Below, in pieces: positions 34,895 through 46,900 of a DNA stretch of 64,000 nucleotides. Both the position numbers and the translations under genes were made by a program. Below the pieces are notes generated by a model that saw only the letters and a program-made list of their open reading frames with translations, was not told where the DNA came from and did no database searches. Where the stretch lies: the IMG/VR virus record IMGVR_UViG_3300042691_053605, positions 1 through 64,000 of that record; one strand, given 5' to 3'. The stretch comes from a virus. Within the stretch, counting starts at the first letter, position 1, and the number at the start of each line of letters is the position of its first letter.

Positions 34895-35836
34895 TTAGAT
34901 TGAATCGAACAATTCGTCATCGAATGATTTAGAATCAAATTCATCAAGATTCAAATCATCCAATCCACCGCCAGATACTGTAGGTAGAGGATCATGCGAT
35001 ACCGCGGGTTTAGAAGCGGCTGGCGCAGGTGTAGAAGCAGGAGCAGCAGAAACCTGCTCGCGATTAGACTTTTCAGCAGAAGCCACCATTCTTCCACCAG
35101 GTACTGTGTTACGAATTACTTCGTTTACAAAATCCTCGGTGTTGTTATCCCACTCTTGGTAATCATACATTCCCAAATCAGGAGATTCTTCCAAGAAGGC
35201 CTTGATTTTACCCATGTCTTCTTGAGACTTTTGCATTTCAGTACCATTAATAGAGATTGGAACTCTTTCATCCAAGAAACGACAGTTGTCATAGTTATTG
35301 TAACCAGCAACTTTTGTAATGTGTACAAGGAATGGTTTTCCTTCAAACAAATCGAATGGAATGTGTGGTTTTCCAAACTCGGGCTTCATTTCAGCCTGCA
35401 ATTTGTTGAAGATTTTAATACCGTAAGGCCATACCATAATTTTGCCTACGTTCTCAGGAGCGTTATCATCCTTGATGATTTGTACAAGTGATGCGAAACG
35501 CTGACGGCGAGAGAAGTTTTCCGCCATTTTTTGTTCTGCCACTGAGTCGGATTTTTTGAACTTCCAGAACATGTCCTGAAGAACCGATTTTTTTCCAACA
35601 GTGGAAGGACAGTCGACCATTTTGGCCTCATCATTAGCAGGATTAACTAACCAGCAAGACCATTTTTTCATAATGGATTTCTTGGGATCTTTGTGATACG
35701 GTAAAAAGCGTACTACTGCTTTGTAAACACCGTCTCTACCGGAATTTGCATCAGGCTTAAAGATTGAGGTTGGTTTCCTTTCTTCTGCTTTGAAGTCGTC
35801 GACTGAAAGATTGAAGATGTCATTTAGATTTTCCAT
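34895..35836 (-). CDS. single-stranded DNA-binding protein (T4 gp32-like)
   Basis: AVVRFLP, CPSTVG, GIKIFNK, FDLFEG, GYNNYD, acidic C-terminal tail. Confidence 0.88.
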   Translation of the reverse strand: MENLNDIFNLSVDDFKAEERKPTSIFKPDANSGRDGVYKAVVRFLPYHKDPKKSIMKKWSCWLVNPANDEAKMVDCPSTVGKKSVLQDMFWKFKKSDSVAEQKMAENFSRRQRFASLVQIIKDDNAPENVGKIMVWPYGIKIFNKLQAEMKPEFGKPHIPFDLFEGKPFLVHITKVAGYNNYDNCRFLDERVPISINGTEMQKSQEDMGKIKAFLEESPDLGMYDYQEWDNNTEDFVNEVIRNTVPGGRMVASAEKSNREQVSAAPASTPAPAASKPAVSHDPLPTVSGGGLDDLNLDEFDSKSFDDELFDSI

Positions 35837-35906
35837 AAACTTTTAGATTTTTTAGGTTGTTTTTAGGGTTTATTTTTAGGGACTTAATTACAGCTTATAT
35901 ACTCTT

Positions 35907-36182
35907 TTAGGAAATAGTTTTCTGAGATGTTACATCAGATGCATAGGACGTGGCGGCTCTTTTTAGATCAATAATGGATTCGCCGGTTTCCTCCGCTAGT
36001 TTTTCAAAAAATTGATTCTCTTTTTCACGAAGGCTGGTTAGCATTTCACTAAACATGCCTTGTCTTTTTAACATAGACTGAATTTCATTTTCTAGTTTTG
36101 AAACTTCAGCATACGCAAAATCGTACTTCTCCATGAAGTCACGAATTTTTTCTTTATCGATTGCTCTTAATTGGTAGCTCAT
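35907..36182 (-). CDS. hypothetical coiled-coil protein
   Basis: Likely start MSYQLRAIDKEK at 36182. Confidence 0.55.
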   Translation of the reverse strand: MSYQLRAIDKEKIRDFMEKYDFAYAEVSKLENEIQSMLKRQGMFSEMLTSLREKENQFFEKLAEETGESIIDLKRAATSYASDVTSQKTIS

Positions 36183-36333
36183 TGATTTCGTATATTTCGT
36201 TAAATTGTTCTGGTTCCAGATTTTTTTGCGTAATAAACAGCTTAAAAGCTTCATCATAGGAATGAGCTTTAAGTTTTCCAATAGGCTCCTTGATAGGATC
36301 TGACTTTGAATAAAAAAAGTAGGTTTTTTCCAT
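36154..36333 (-). CDS. hypothetical protein (59 aa), missing from the ORF track
   Basis: MEKTYFFYSKSDPIKEPIGK...; directly downstream of a promoter-like motif at 36341..36365. Confidence 0.55.
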   Translation of the reverse strand: MEKTYFFYSKSDPIKEPIGKLKAHSYDEAFKLFITQKNLEPEQFNEIYEINELPIKSNR

Positions 36334-36345
36334 TTGATTTTATAT

Positions 36346-36987
36346 TCACGGTTTTATTAAAGTTTTCTCTAGAGTTTTTGCAATCCAATAAGAATCCACA
36401 ATATCGTCAACGGGTTTTAGCCAGGCTCCGCGTTTTGTTTGAAATTCTGCTGGATGGTTTCTTAAAGAAGTTGCAAATTCAGAGTCACAGTCAGAATCAA
36501 TAAACGCCTGAATCATTTGTTCCTTTTTGAAATTTCCTTTTCCCGCAGTTGCTTTAATAGTCATAGGCGAGAAGAACCATAATTGTTCTACACCTATTTC
36601 GCAGTCTTCTAATAAAAAAGATCTCAGCAACCATTGGTAGCCACTAATCTGTGCTAATCGGTTTCCACTAGATCCAAATGAAAAGCCTTCGATTGCAATA
36701 CGATCCTCTTCAGAAAAAGAGTATTCACTTAACATTTTTGAAACGCTACGTGTTTGCATTAAGGCATCGGTAATTGATGATCTCTCACGTTCGGTAAGCA
36801 GCGCTGTTTTTTTCAACGCGGGCTCATCGGGCAAGGCAATCACATTTACACCGTTATCTTTTAGTGTAAGAAAAAAGTCTTCTTTTGCAACGCTATTTCT
36901 GGCAAATGTATAAAAGCGCCATTCACCGGAATTGGTAAGTAGAGTAACCGCAGGAGACTTTATGCTAAAGTCAATTCCTACCGTCAT
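36346..36987 (-). CDS. RuvC-like Holliday junction resolvase
   Basis: VGIDFS, IAIEGFS, PMTIKATAGKGN, DDIVDSY. Confidence 0.82.
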   Translation of the reverse strand: MTVGIDFSIKSPAVTLLTNSGEWRFYTFARNSVAKEDFFLTLKDNGVNVIALPDEPALKKTALLTERERSSITDALMQTRSVSKMLSEYSFSEEDRIAIEGFSFGSSGNRLAQISGYQWLLRSFLLEDCEIGVEQLWFFSPMTIKATAGKGNFKKEQMIQAFIDSDCDSEFATSLRNHPAEFQTKRGAWLKPVDDIVDSYWIAKTLEKTLIKP

Positions 36988-37310
36988 TTTGTTATACTTT
37001 TAGCGACAGCGGCGCCTAATGCAGTAGATACAAGACGTGATGTAAACATATCATATAATATGCCTTTTTCCACACCCAGTGCATTGGCGATAATTTTTCC
37101 AATAGTAGGGCCGATAATAAAACCAGCAGCTCCACCAATAATAGAGGCAAGAATGCCTTCGTTAATTCCTTCAATACCGTGAATTTCCACAGCCTCTTTT
37201 AGTTCTCTGTAAATTCTTTCGGCTTCACTTTTTTCTGACTCGGTTAGGAATGTAAGATCTACGCTTTCTTCTAGTAGTTGTACGTTTTTTGCTTCGTTGA
37301 AAGTTTTCAT
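36984..37310 (-). CDS. hypothetical protein with CTS-like N-terminus and Gly-rich hydrophobic segments
   Basis: MKTFNEA..LLEE...INEGILASIIGGAAGFIIGP. Confidence 0.7.
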   Translation of the reverse strand: MKTFNEAKNVQLLEESVDLTFLTESEKSEAERIYRELKEAVEIHGIEGINEGILASIIGGAAGFIIGPTIGKIIANALGVEKGILYDMFTSRLVSTALGAAVAKSITK

Positions 37311-37331
37311 AGTTTCAATTTGTTTTCTAAT

Positions 37332-37340
37332 CTATATATC
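37332..37340 (-). promoter_or_regulatory. putative late promoter GATATATAG
   Basis: Recurring motif. Confidence 0.55.
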
Positions 37341-37341
37341 T

Positions 37342-37887
37342 TTATTGTAATCTCTTCATTATACGGATGTAGTTGTACTTTAGATTAACTGAGAAATTTC
37401 TGAACTCAGCAGTATTTGAAGCGTAATTTAATTCCAATTCGGAAATTCCGGTCATGGTAATTTGTTGGAAATTAATAGCCACAAATTCAAACCCAGTTTG
37501 ATCTAAAAAAGAAACTGTAAGTTCTGGCAAATACTTCTCTTTGTTATCCAAGTCCCAATACGCAAACATCTGATCAAAGAAAATCCAGTAGTTAATCCAG
37601 CCTTCATATGATTTTAGACTAAGCGTAATTGAACGATCTAAATACCTCTCAATTCTTTTACCGCCTTTTGCAGTTACGGGTTCTTCATATAGTACCTGTT
37701 CTACCGTTTCTGCGTTTAGCGATGGAAAGGTTACCGCTTGAATACTTGCACTCATATAATCCGCTACACTTTCATAAGGCTGTGGCAAACGCTTCAAATA
37801 CGTGGTATACTTATCTACAATTGATGGATAAAAAAAGTTTTGCGGAAAGCGTATAACAAAATTGTTATTTTTACTATTGAGTATCAT
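37342..37887 (-). CDS. putative tail-tube-fold structural protein
   Basis: NNFVIRF, IQAVTFPS, NYWIFF, ISELELNY, FSVNLKY pattern typical of gp19/gp3-like tube proteins. Confidence 0.55.
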   Translation of the reverse strand: MILNSKNNNFVIRFPQNFFYPSIVDKYTTYLKRLPQPYESVADYMSASIQAVTFPSLNAETVEQVLYEEPVTAKGGKRIERYLDRSITLSLKSYEGWINYWIFFDQMFAYWDLDNKEKYLPELTVSFLDQTGFEFVAINFQQITMTGISELELNYASNTAEFRNFSVNLKYNYIRIMKRLQ

Positions 37888-37890
37888 GTA

Positions 37891-40134
37891 TTAAAGCATT
37901 TTTGTAAATCCTTGATTTGCTGGATTCTTATTTGAGGAATCCAGAGTAGAAGACGGGTTAACCACCGAGTTAGGCAATAAATTAGCCAAAAAGTTGCTTG
38001 GCATACTAAAGTTTGCAACTCCTGGAATTTCTACAATATTTACTACGGGTGTACCACCAGCCTGACCGGCTTGAGCCTGCGCTGCTTGCTGTATTGCTGC
38101 CTGTTGTGCAGCTTGGGCTTGCGTTAACACAGATTGTTGTGCCTGTATTTGTTCAGCCTGAGCCTGCAGTGAAGCCAACAGAGCCGCGTTTGCTGATGAC
38201 TGGTTGCTGATAGCCGCTACCGCTTGCGAGGCGGTTTGTTGAGCCTGCGAAATCTGTGCAGCTGCTATAGCGGAAGCATCAGCAGCGGCGGCTTTTGCCT
38301 GCTCTAATTGAGCATTTGCCTCATTAATTTTTTGGTTGATGCCGGCTAAAATTTCGTTTTTCCCGGTAATTTGTGAATCTATAGAACTAATAATTGAACT
38401 GCCTTCAGCAACAGTACCGGTACCTTTATTTTCAATACTGTCAAACTTTCCAACATAGAGAACAGTCTCAGGATCTGTTTTGTTTACCAGGTAATAGTTT
38501 TTATCAGCAGACGCAAGAATTTTGGTAGCAGTGTCTGGGTCAATTCGATATACAACTTCTCCCATTGATGGATCCGCTAAATTAATGTCAATATAGGGGT
38601 TTACATAGAGACGATTATTATCCGTGGTATTAAATGCAAGTGCAACATTTCCAATAAAGGAAGACATATCAAAAGAAACATTAGTTGTTTTGTCTGTTGA
38701 TAGCGTAAACACCTTAAATTTAATCATATTGTCAAACTTACCCAGATAAATTATGTTAAATCCTTGTGGCCATATAGTAGATCCAAGAGGCGTATTAATA
38801 TCTGCGGTACTAGAGAGACTAATCATATTGGTATCATAAAAAGTAGGTACTACCACTTTTTGTGTGATTACTTCTCTGGGAGTATTTAGACCAAGAACAC
38901 TTTCAGTATCGGAAGGCTCCATTTGAGTAATTTTATTAAACACTTTTACCGGTGTAAATCCTTGAAGCAGATTAATTTTCTCTAATTGCTTTCCGTATTT
39001 TTTTGCATCTGTTGAAGTGTATGAAGATTTTCTAACAACCTCGGTATTATCTACACGGTTAAAGAATCTCATGGTATAATCAACGGTATATGAATACGCT
39101 ATAGAGGCATTTAGAATTACCGGTCTAAAAATTGCAGGTTGATCAAAGTTATTGTCCTGTAACATTGTCATATTGGAAGTTCTCAGAGAAGAGGTTCCAA
39201 CCTGCTCGTACACATCAATTTGATTAATTACTACCCAGTCTCCACCAATTGAATTTAGATCGTTAATGTAGTTTTCAATAAACGCTCCGTTCCATGTAGG
39301 ATAAAATTCAATGTAATCATTTACCGCATTTTCTTGAATAACTACCGCTAGCTGTGAATAGTTATCCGCGGTATTAAATGCTGCGGTGTAGTCATTACCA
39401 GTATTAAGGTAGAGATTTCCATTTAGAACTTCCGACGAATCAATTTCATGTAGTACCGCATATATTTGCGAATTTTGCAAGAACCCTACATTGTTAAACG
39501 TGTAGTTATACCCGATAGTATTTGTAGCAGTCGGGCTGTTCCAAAAGTCTTGATTCACATCATATAGTGATGGAACTTTTACCTCAATATATCGGTCATA
39601 CATACGATCTCCTAAAAATAGAGGAGTCGAATTAAAATTGATCTGATCCTGGCCGCGCAAATATACATGATTGCATGCATCAAACCACTGAACCGAGGTA
39701 GATCCGGTTTGCTGCCATTGTTTCCAACGAAGCTGCAATATCAAACCGTCCAATCCAGGGAAATCAAACCCAGACAATATGTGTAAGCGAACCGTATCAT
39801 ATTTTCCTGCAATAGAAACCAGATTTGCTGTTTGATTTGTTACCTCAAAATTGGAATCAATATCGTAAATAGGCATTGGCGAATCAATATCAAAATACGC
39901 CCATCGGTTACTAATGGTTCCTGTTAATCCCGCACTTCTGTCTAAAACATTGCCTGTTAAATTTACAGATTGATTGGTATTCAAAAACTGATAAGACCCA
40001 ATATATTTGTTATAGAGGCGAAGAGCCCCGGCCGCTCCTGAAATAGAGGAGGACAGAGGAATACTTTCGCTGTTATATTGGTACTCAATTAATGCGTACC
40101 GGCTAATCTGAATATAGGCTGATGTTCCTGGCAT
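37891..40134 (-). CDS. putative virion structural protein with Q/A-rich C-terminal coiled coil
   Basis: 747 aa, beta-rich, within the structural block. Confidence 0.6.
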   Translation of the reverse strand: MPGTSAYIQISRYALIEYQYNSESIPLSSSISGAAGALRLYNKYIGSYQFLNTNQSVNLTGNVLDRSAGLTGTISNRWAYFDIDSPMPIYDIDSNFEVTNQTANLVSIAGKYDTVRLHILSGFDFPGLDGLILQLRWKQWQQTGSTSVQWFDACNHVYLRGQDQINFNSTPLFLGDRMYDRYIEVKVPSLYDVNQDFWNSPTATNTIGYNYTFNNVGFLQNSQIYAVLHEIDSSEVLNGNLYLNTGNDYTAAFNTADNYSQLAVVIQENAVNDYIEFYPTWNGAFIENYINDLNSIGGDWVVINQIDVYEQVGTSSLRTSNMTMLQDNNFDQPAIFRPVILNASIAYSYTVDYTMRFFNRVDNTEVVRKSSYTSTDAKKYGKQLEKINLLQGFTPVKVFNKITQMEPSDTESVLGLNTPREVITQKVVVPTFYDTNMISLSSTADINTPLGSTIWPQGFNIIYLGKFDNMIKFKVFTLSTDKTTNVSFDMSSFIGNVALAFNTTDNNRLYVNPYIDINLADPSMGEVVYRIDPDTATKILASADKNYYLVNKTDPETVLYVGKFDSIENKGTGTVAEGSSIISSIDSQITGKNEILAGINQKINEANAQLEQAKAAAADASAIAAAQISQAQQTASQAVAAISNQSSANAALLASLQAQAEQIQAQQSVLTQAQAAQQAAIQQAAQAQAGQAGGTPVVNIVEIPGVANFSMPSNFLANLLPNSVVNPSSTLDSSNKNPANQGFTKML

Positions 40135-40136
40135 TC

Positions 40137-40937
40137 TTAGAACTTAATAATGTTATATGTAAGACCAAAAGTTACACCAAGTCCTACATAAATAGCAGGA
40201 CCCTGTAAGCCACGGCCAACACTGATATTAGGGCCAACGCTAAAACCCACGCCCCATTTTTGTGGTTTTCCTTGAAACAGTGGATTATTCTTTCCGGGAA
40301 TAACTGCACCTTGAATGTCGGTAACCGTAAACCCAGGATAATCGCTTTTTACAAAAATCTTATAGTCATCTCCTTCTTTTGTTAAGCCGGTTATGAGTTT
40401 GATTCCCATTGCGTCCTTTGTAATATCCGTAAGTCCTGGATAGAAAGTACTGTCATTTGTAAATCTTAAACGGGTAAACCCAGAAAGTTTGCGGTAATTT
40501 CCATCGCTAAACGTAGTATCATAATTCCATGAAAGCTTAAAGTTTTTAGGATAAGATCCTGCGGCTAAATCGCCTGCCGCCTCGATATCGCCTTCATCCT
40601 CAGATAATGCAGTTTCTAAACCAGCAATTTGCGAACTTAGTTCTGCATTAGCAGATGAAAGCATCATTACCTTACCTTTTTGTTTTTGAACCTCATCATA
40701 CAGATCTTTATTAAGCTCTTTTAATTGTTTTTCTGAAGCAATTAGTGTACTCTTTTGAAACTGTAGTTCTCCTGCTCGATTTTTTACCGCGGTAACCGTA
40801 TCAAGTAGCGCGCGCTGATTTTGGCCAGCCAGCGCAATTTCCTGTTTTAGCTCCGCAGTACTACTGCACTGTTTTAAGAAGAGCAACAGAAAAATTACCG
40901 TTGCCAAGAGTAGACCTATTATTAGTTTGTTTTTCAT
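40137..40937 (-). CDS. membrane-anchored coiled-coil protein, spanin-like
   Basis: N-terminal TM followed by Cys, coiled coil, and an amphipathic beta-hairpin ending in Phe. Confidence 0.55.
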   Translation of the reverse strand: MKNKLIIGLLLATVIFLLLFLKQCSSTAELKQEIALAGQNQRALLDTVTAVKNRAGELQFQKSTLIASEKQLKELNKDLYDEVQKQKGKVMMLSSANAELSSQIAGLETALSEDEGDIEAAGDLAAGSYPKNFKLSWNYDTTFSDGNYRKLSGFTRLRFTNDSTFYPGLTDITKDAMGIKLITGLTKEGDDYKIFVKSDYPGFTVTDIQGAVIPGKNNPLFQGKPQKWGVGFSVGPNISVGRGLQGPAIYVGLGVTFGLTYNIIKF

Positions 40938-40947
40938 ACTGTATTTA

Positions 40948-43900
40948 TTAAGTTCTTGGAGTTCCGTATACTTTTTGGTATTTTAGCATGGCTTGTCCAC
41001 GAAGTGTAATGTTACCAAACGGCTTAAATGTGGCGGGTCCAAATTCGCCTTTAACAGAATTTCCTGTATAAAAATTATTTTGCCCAGAAGAATGATCTGC
41101 AACTTCAGTAGGGGAGAGTGGTAAAATTTCACCGCCTGGTAAAGCTGGTTCAATTGAAAAATCATATATTGGTGTGCCCGGAGTTGTGTCATACGACGGT
41201 CGGTAATACAGATTTTGTATACTTACTGGCTCATAAAAGCCAGTTGTTGAAACATTTCTATGAGCCACTCTTCTTGCTCCTGAAACATAAATTGGTTGGT
41301 CAAACATAATTTCAATTACAAAAGAATTTATCAAGCCTTGCGGTTCTGCTACGGTATCACCTCCGTAATAATACGGGGTTGCTCTCCACTGAAAAGACGC
41401 GTTTCGATTCCATGCGTTTTCTCCAAATGTTCTCCACACTGCTGCATCATAGTAATCAGGTACTTCAATTTTTGTATAGATAAAATCTCCTCCGCTTATC
41501 CCTGCGGCACCTGCGCCATCTGGCGACCAAAGAGCCTGATACCACCCTTTTTGAAGATTTTTATATCCAATAGCATTGATATTTGATTTTCTAAATAAGC
41601 CTCGATCTATGGAAGCTTCCATCACATCTGGATCTGTAAAAATCCATGGATGGTTTCTTACATCAGCGGTAGTCAAACTTCCTAAAAGGCTATCATTTGT
41701 ATACGGTAAAAAATTACTTACGGTATTTGTATGTGTACTCCAGTACCAATCCTTAAAAGCTCCGTTCCAGCTTTTATTAAGGAATGAATTAGTAGAAGGA
41801 TCTGACGTGGCGGACGGTGTTGAAAATTTGGTGGATCCATCGATTGGAAACCTTGTGTATGGGGATCCATCTGTAGAAGCAATCCATCCTGGTGTATACG
41901 TAGTATCTATAAAGTTAGTCATATCATCTGTGGAATCGCCTACAACAGCAGTTCCAGGATACCAGGCTCTATAATCGTTCCAGTTGCCAAAGTTTGCTCC
42001 GCCTCCATATTGATATTCATAATAGTTTTCATCATTATCTTCATCGCCGGCAAATAAAACATCCTCTCCAATATCATATATAAATCTTACGTATTGAATC
42101 CATCGCCCGTCAATACCAAGCCAGGTATTTCCGCAAATGGAGCCTTTATTTATTAGTGAGTTCGCGTAAATTCCGGCAGAATACGGATTATGAACATAGT
42201 AATCAAGATCCTCATTTCCAGCTTCTCCCCAGTTTTCACCAAAATAACGGTCGCCCGGTGAATTCCATGGGCTTCCATCATTCATTTGCATATAATCAAG
42301 AGCCTCCAAATCAATATTAAAATCAAACAGTAGATAATTGCTGTTTAGCCTTCTGTATCTTACATCTGTTCTAGAATAGGTAATTGGATCTCCATTTTCA
42401 TCGTTCCATCGGCTACTGTATGTGCCAGTATTTAGTTCCCAATAAGCAGAAAGTTTTCTTCTCATTTCTACTGATGCTTGAGACCCTGTTGCTTCTGATG
42501 AAGTATTTGGATAATACAAAGATTCTACACCGTTGCCTGGATATTTAGGATCTGCTGGAGACAACCCATCATAATAATGAATTCCTACTAATTCATAGCC
42601 AAAACTTGCGGTGGTTATAGGAGTAAACGTTCCGCCACCAGCAGCACCCGGTGCTGTTCTTTGAACTTCGTATGCAATAATTCGGTCAACTTTTATTCGA
42701 CTTTTTGCAGTATTCTGGGGTACCGATGCCAACCCGGGATTATCCTGTTCACGATCACCCATGTGGTCAGTTACTACCAAGAATGTACCACCAGTATTAT
42801 CTGCCTTTGGAATAGTATAGGTTCTTAAAGAAGAATCCGTTTGCGCTGAATCAATAGCAGTAGTTACCTTCATTAACGGGGCTTTTCCCGTTGCTACGAG
42901 AGAGTTAATCTGTGTACTGCTAAGAAACATTGAATTCTCCATATTAAAATAATCCGGAGCTCCAAATGTTAACAATAATTTAGGTGAAGTTACTCGCGCA
43001 TCATAAATTGCTTTAGTTGCGGTTTCCGTTACATCTGTAATGTTTTGCCAAGCCAGTACATCATTTGTACTACGAATAAATTCATATCCATCGCCAAGAA
43101 CAAAGTTATTAAGACGAACATTTGCAGGAACCAAGTCTTCGGTAGCAAAAGTAGCGGTAGCGGTTGCTCCAATGTAGCCAGAAGGGATAGCAATTAGACT
43201 TCCTAATTTACCCGCAGCAGATCCGAGAGGCACAAGCACTTGTCCGCCCGTCCAAGAAGTTCCATTAAATGTTCTGGAAATAGTTAGATCCGCTATCCAT
43301 GGATGCGTAGTTGATGTTGCTCCTGGAGCAAATGGCCCACCTTCCCCAAATTCTGATGGATGCGGAAGGATTGCTTCAGGATAACTCTCTAACAAGTCTC
43401 CTGTCATTGTACCTAAACCGGTTATGACGTAGGAAACAAGTCTTCCAAGATTATCAAAAGTAAATGTATGAGTTGCAGTATTCCATCCGGAGGTTCCTGT
43501 AGGAACTCCAATATATCGATTAGCAAATTTTGCGTTGCTATCTGTAATTACTACAGTTGCACCCGATCCAGTAGGAAGACCCGTGGAGGCTACTGCCCAT
43601 CCAGGATATCCAAAACCTCGTGCCTCTATATGATGTCCTACTCTTGACTGCGCCTTTTCTCCTGCAACTTCTAAACGAATGTATTCTGGAGATGTAGCCC
43701 ATTTATTTACATCTTGTGGCGCCAATGCACTACCGTATGTATATGAATTTGGAAGAAATAACCCGTAATAATCTGATGTGCCTGGCGACCATGGGCCTGC
43801 TTTTACCTGGCCAGGCCCGGAAGAATATGAAGCTGGCGGATTTTCTGATGGATTTGGATTAGATCCTGCCGCATTTGGCAAATAATTAATTTCGCCAGTT

Positions 43901-46900
43901 GCAGAATTCCATTTTTGTGAAGCATACGCATTTTGATCGTATCCTGCCGCATTTCCAATACCAACGTTACCAGTTTCATCAAATACCACTTTAATGTTGT
44001 TAGTAACATCGCGAGTACCAAGACCGGTTTGTTCCCATTGTCCGTAATACGCTCCGCCATCTCTCCATTTTGGAATCATTGCAAAACCAATTCGACCATC
44101 AGTATCTGTTAAGATTGCAGATCCTCCGTTAGCGGCTTGTAATTCGTTAGCAGAATTGCTGTTATCGCGAGCCACGCTTTCAGTACCTAATCTCCATGCA
44201 GAAGCATCCACTGATTGCGAATACCCGGTCGTATCATTAATATAATCCCCATCATCAGATCCTCTATTATCTCCTATTCCTAAAAGATCGCGGAAAAGAT
44301 TAAAACCAACGTATCGAGAAGAAGTCCAAATTCCGTTGTTATATCCACCGTGCCATGAAGATTTTCCAAATTGGCCGGTTGTGCCTCTTTCAGAATTAAG
44401 TGATCCAACATTAAGTGTAGAATTTGATGTGTACAAAGTGTCGCCTACAATTAATGTAGTGGCATTGCTTCTGGCTGCTTCTTTATACGGATAGTTTACA
44501 CTATTAGGTGTAACTTTTGTAGTCCATGTAATAGAGGCAGAAGCTGGAGTAGTAAGTAAATCATATGAGTAATCAAAGATTGCCGCATTGTATGTATATG
44601 TGCTAAGTATTTGATCAATTACAATTTGGCCATCGCTAGGTAGAGCAGGCCAAGTACCGCGTGTAACATTTCCGATTGTATCTATTTCAACAGTACCAGG
44701 TGTACGTGCCTCATCAAATCTAAATTCCTGGTAAGAATTTTTACCGTACATATGAAAACGCGCTCTCGGATAGAGGTTATGAATACCAATACCAGAAACA
44801 GCAGAAATTCCTGCGTCAGCATCACGAGCACCTATATTAGCATATGGGCCAAACGATAACGGCACTAAATTAAATTGATAATCTACGTTTTGTAATGCAG
44901 CGTTGTCACCAATTGTATATGTGTCGCCTGAAGTTGCACTAGATCCGCCGCCATAAATTGGAGAAGCACCCAGCCTCAAGGCTCCTTTAAAGCCCCAGCC
45001 GCCGGATCTGTTATCCATAGAATACGGCCTACTTGGAGTTTGCGTATAATTAAATGATTCGTAACGAATACCGGTTGAAGGGGCAATCCTACTTAATTGA
45101 AATTGATCATCCGCGTTTTCTTTGTAATCAACATCAACCGCACCAAATAAAACGTCATTAAATACTCCACGATCATACCAATCAACCCACGCAGCATCAG
45201 GTGATCCAAATGGCGATTGATTCCAGGGGGCAAACCCACTGGTTGTGCCATAAATAAGTTCGGGAGAACTTCTTTCAATAGTAAACGCCGCAGTCTTCAT
45301 TCGGCGTTTTGGAATGTAATCTGTGTATGTTAACCAAGACTTGTCAATACCTGTATAAAAATTAATTCCAGTGGTTATCTCTTCTGTAAATGTTGTATTT
45401 GTATCCCATGTTTCAATTGCAGGTCTCCAGTCATTGTGGACTTGTAATTTTGCAAGAGGCTGGAATATACCAACTTTATCCATTGTAACTGTGCCAATAC
45501 CAAAGTTTCTTGATCCGTACACCGCAGAAACCGGAAGACTCCGCAAACCATTTGCGGCAGGATCATTTCCACTAGCATAATTAGTAGCGCCTCTCTGATT
45601 TGCGGAGTAAAATAAGACGTTATCTACCGAAATTGTTAATCCAGCAGTACCAGTTGAGGTACCACGAACCATCATACCCGCAGAACGTACAAGTTCTTTT
45701 GTGCCACCGCTATTTGCAAGAACAACTTCTTCTTCATATATAGAAGTACCATACCAAGATTGCCTTTTATCGTAAATCCAATCGGAAATACTTGTAATAT
45801 CTACCTGTGATCCTGAAGCAGATTGGTCAATAATTTTTTGACCGGTAAATAGTGAATGATAACCTTGAAATGCTAAATACTGATTGCTTGAACCTAATTC
45901 ATCATATACGTTTCCAGGATTTGTTGTATTAAATGGTGATGTATTGCCGCCTGGCGTAAGAGTTTGCAAAGAAGTAAACGCAGGCGTATCCTGCGGTAAC
46001 ATATTCAAATACTGATTAGAAGTAATAAATCTTCTAACATCAAACAGCATTTCTCCATAGTTTTCGGATGAAGTTACGCCGCCTTCAGAGGTAAAGAAAT
46101 CATCTATACCTTCTCGAGTTGAAAAGTTGTGTATTTTAATACTGTTATTTCCACTTGACCATTGGTAATAACCTAAAGAACCTGTAGTACCGCCTTCAGA
46201 TTCTAAGTCCCGATTTGATAAAAAGAGAAGAGGCGAATACGCATCAATTGAAATATCATATATTGGGCGTGCAAAATAATCGGAATTGCCTCCAACCGTT
46301 CCGGGAAAAGTGGAATAAGGTAGGCCTGTTGGTACATCAGTAGTACCTCCGTTTACCGTGTAAGGTGGGCCAACAATATCACCAGTATCAGTATTTCTCC
46401 AGCCTCTTGCTTTTAACCCATTGTAATAGGTGACGCCATCGATGCTCATCTTAAACAAAGATCTGTCAATACCTGAGTTAAGGCGTGTATTATTTACGTA
46501 ATCCCAGTAGTGAATTAAGCTGGTATCATTTGAAGATGTGTCTCCACCTGGGCCAGGCTGTCCTGTTGCTTTATCACCAGACGTTATCCATACATTACCA
46601 AATTTAGAACTCATACGTGCATTTGGTATACCGTATGGCGCGTAACTTGTTAAATTAGGGCTTGCTGACGGAGAGCCGTATGCTGCACCAATTAATCCCA
46701 AGTAATTGGTAGGATCAGAAGCCCATGTTGATTGTAAAGAACCTATAATACTTGAAAAATTCATGGGATAAAAATACCAGCCTGGACCAGTATATCCTCC
46801 TGATGAATACGGACCAGTTTCTAAAAAGTTTCCAACATTAGGATCACTAGTCGATGGGTCCGCTTGCATTAAATACTTCCACCACCCAAGCTGATTATTG

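Noticed and set aside
36346-36987. RuvC fold as TnpB/Cas12 or a transposase
   Set aside because: Only 213 aa with resolvase-type motifs; no Zn ribbon, IS ends or array
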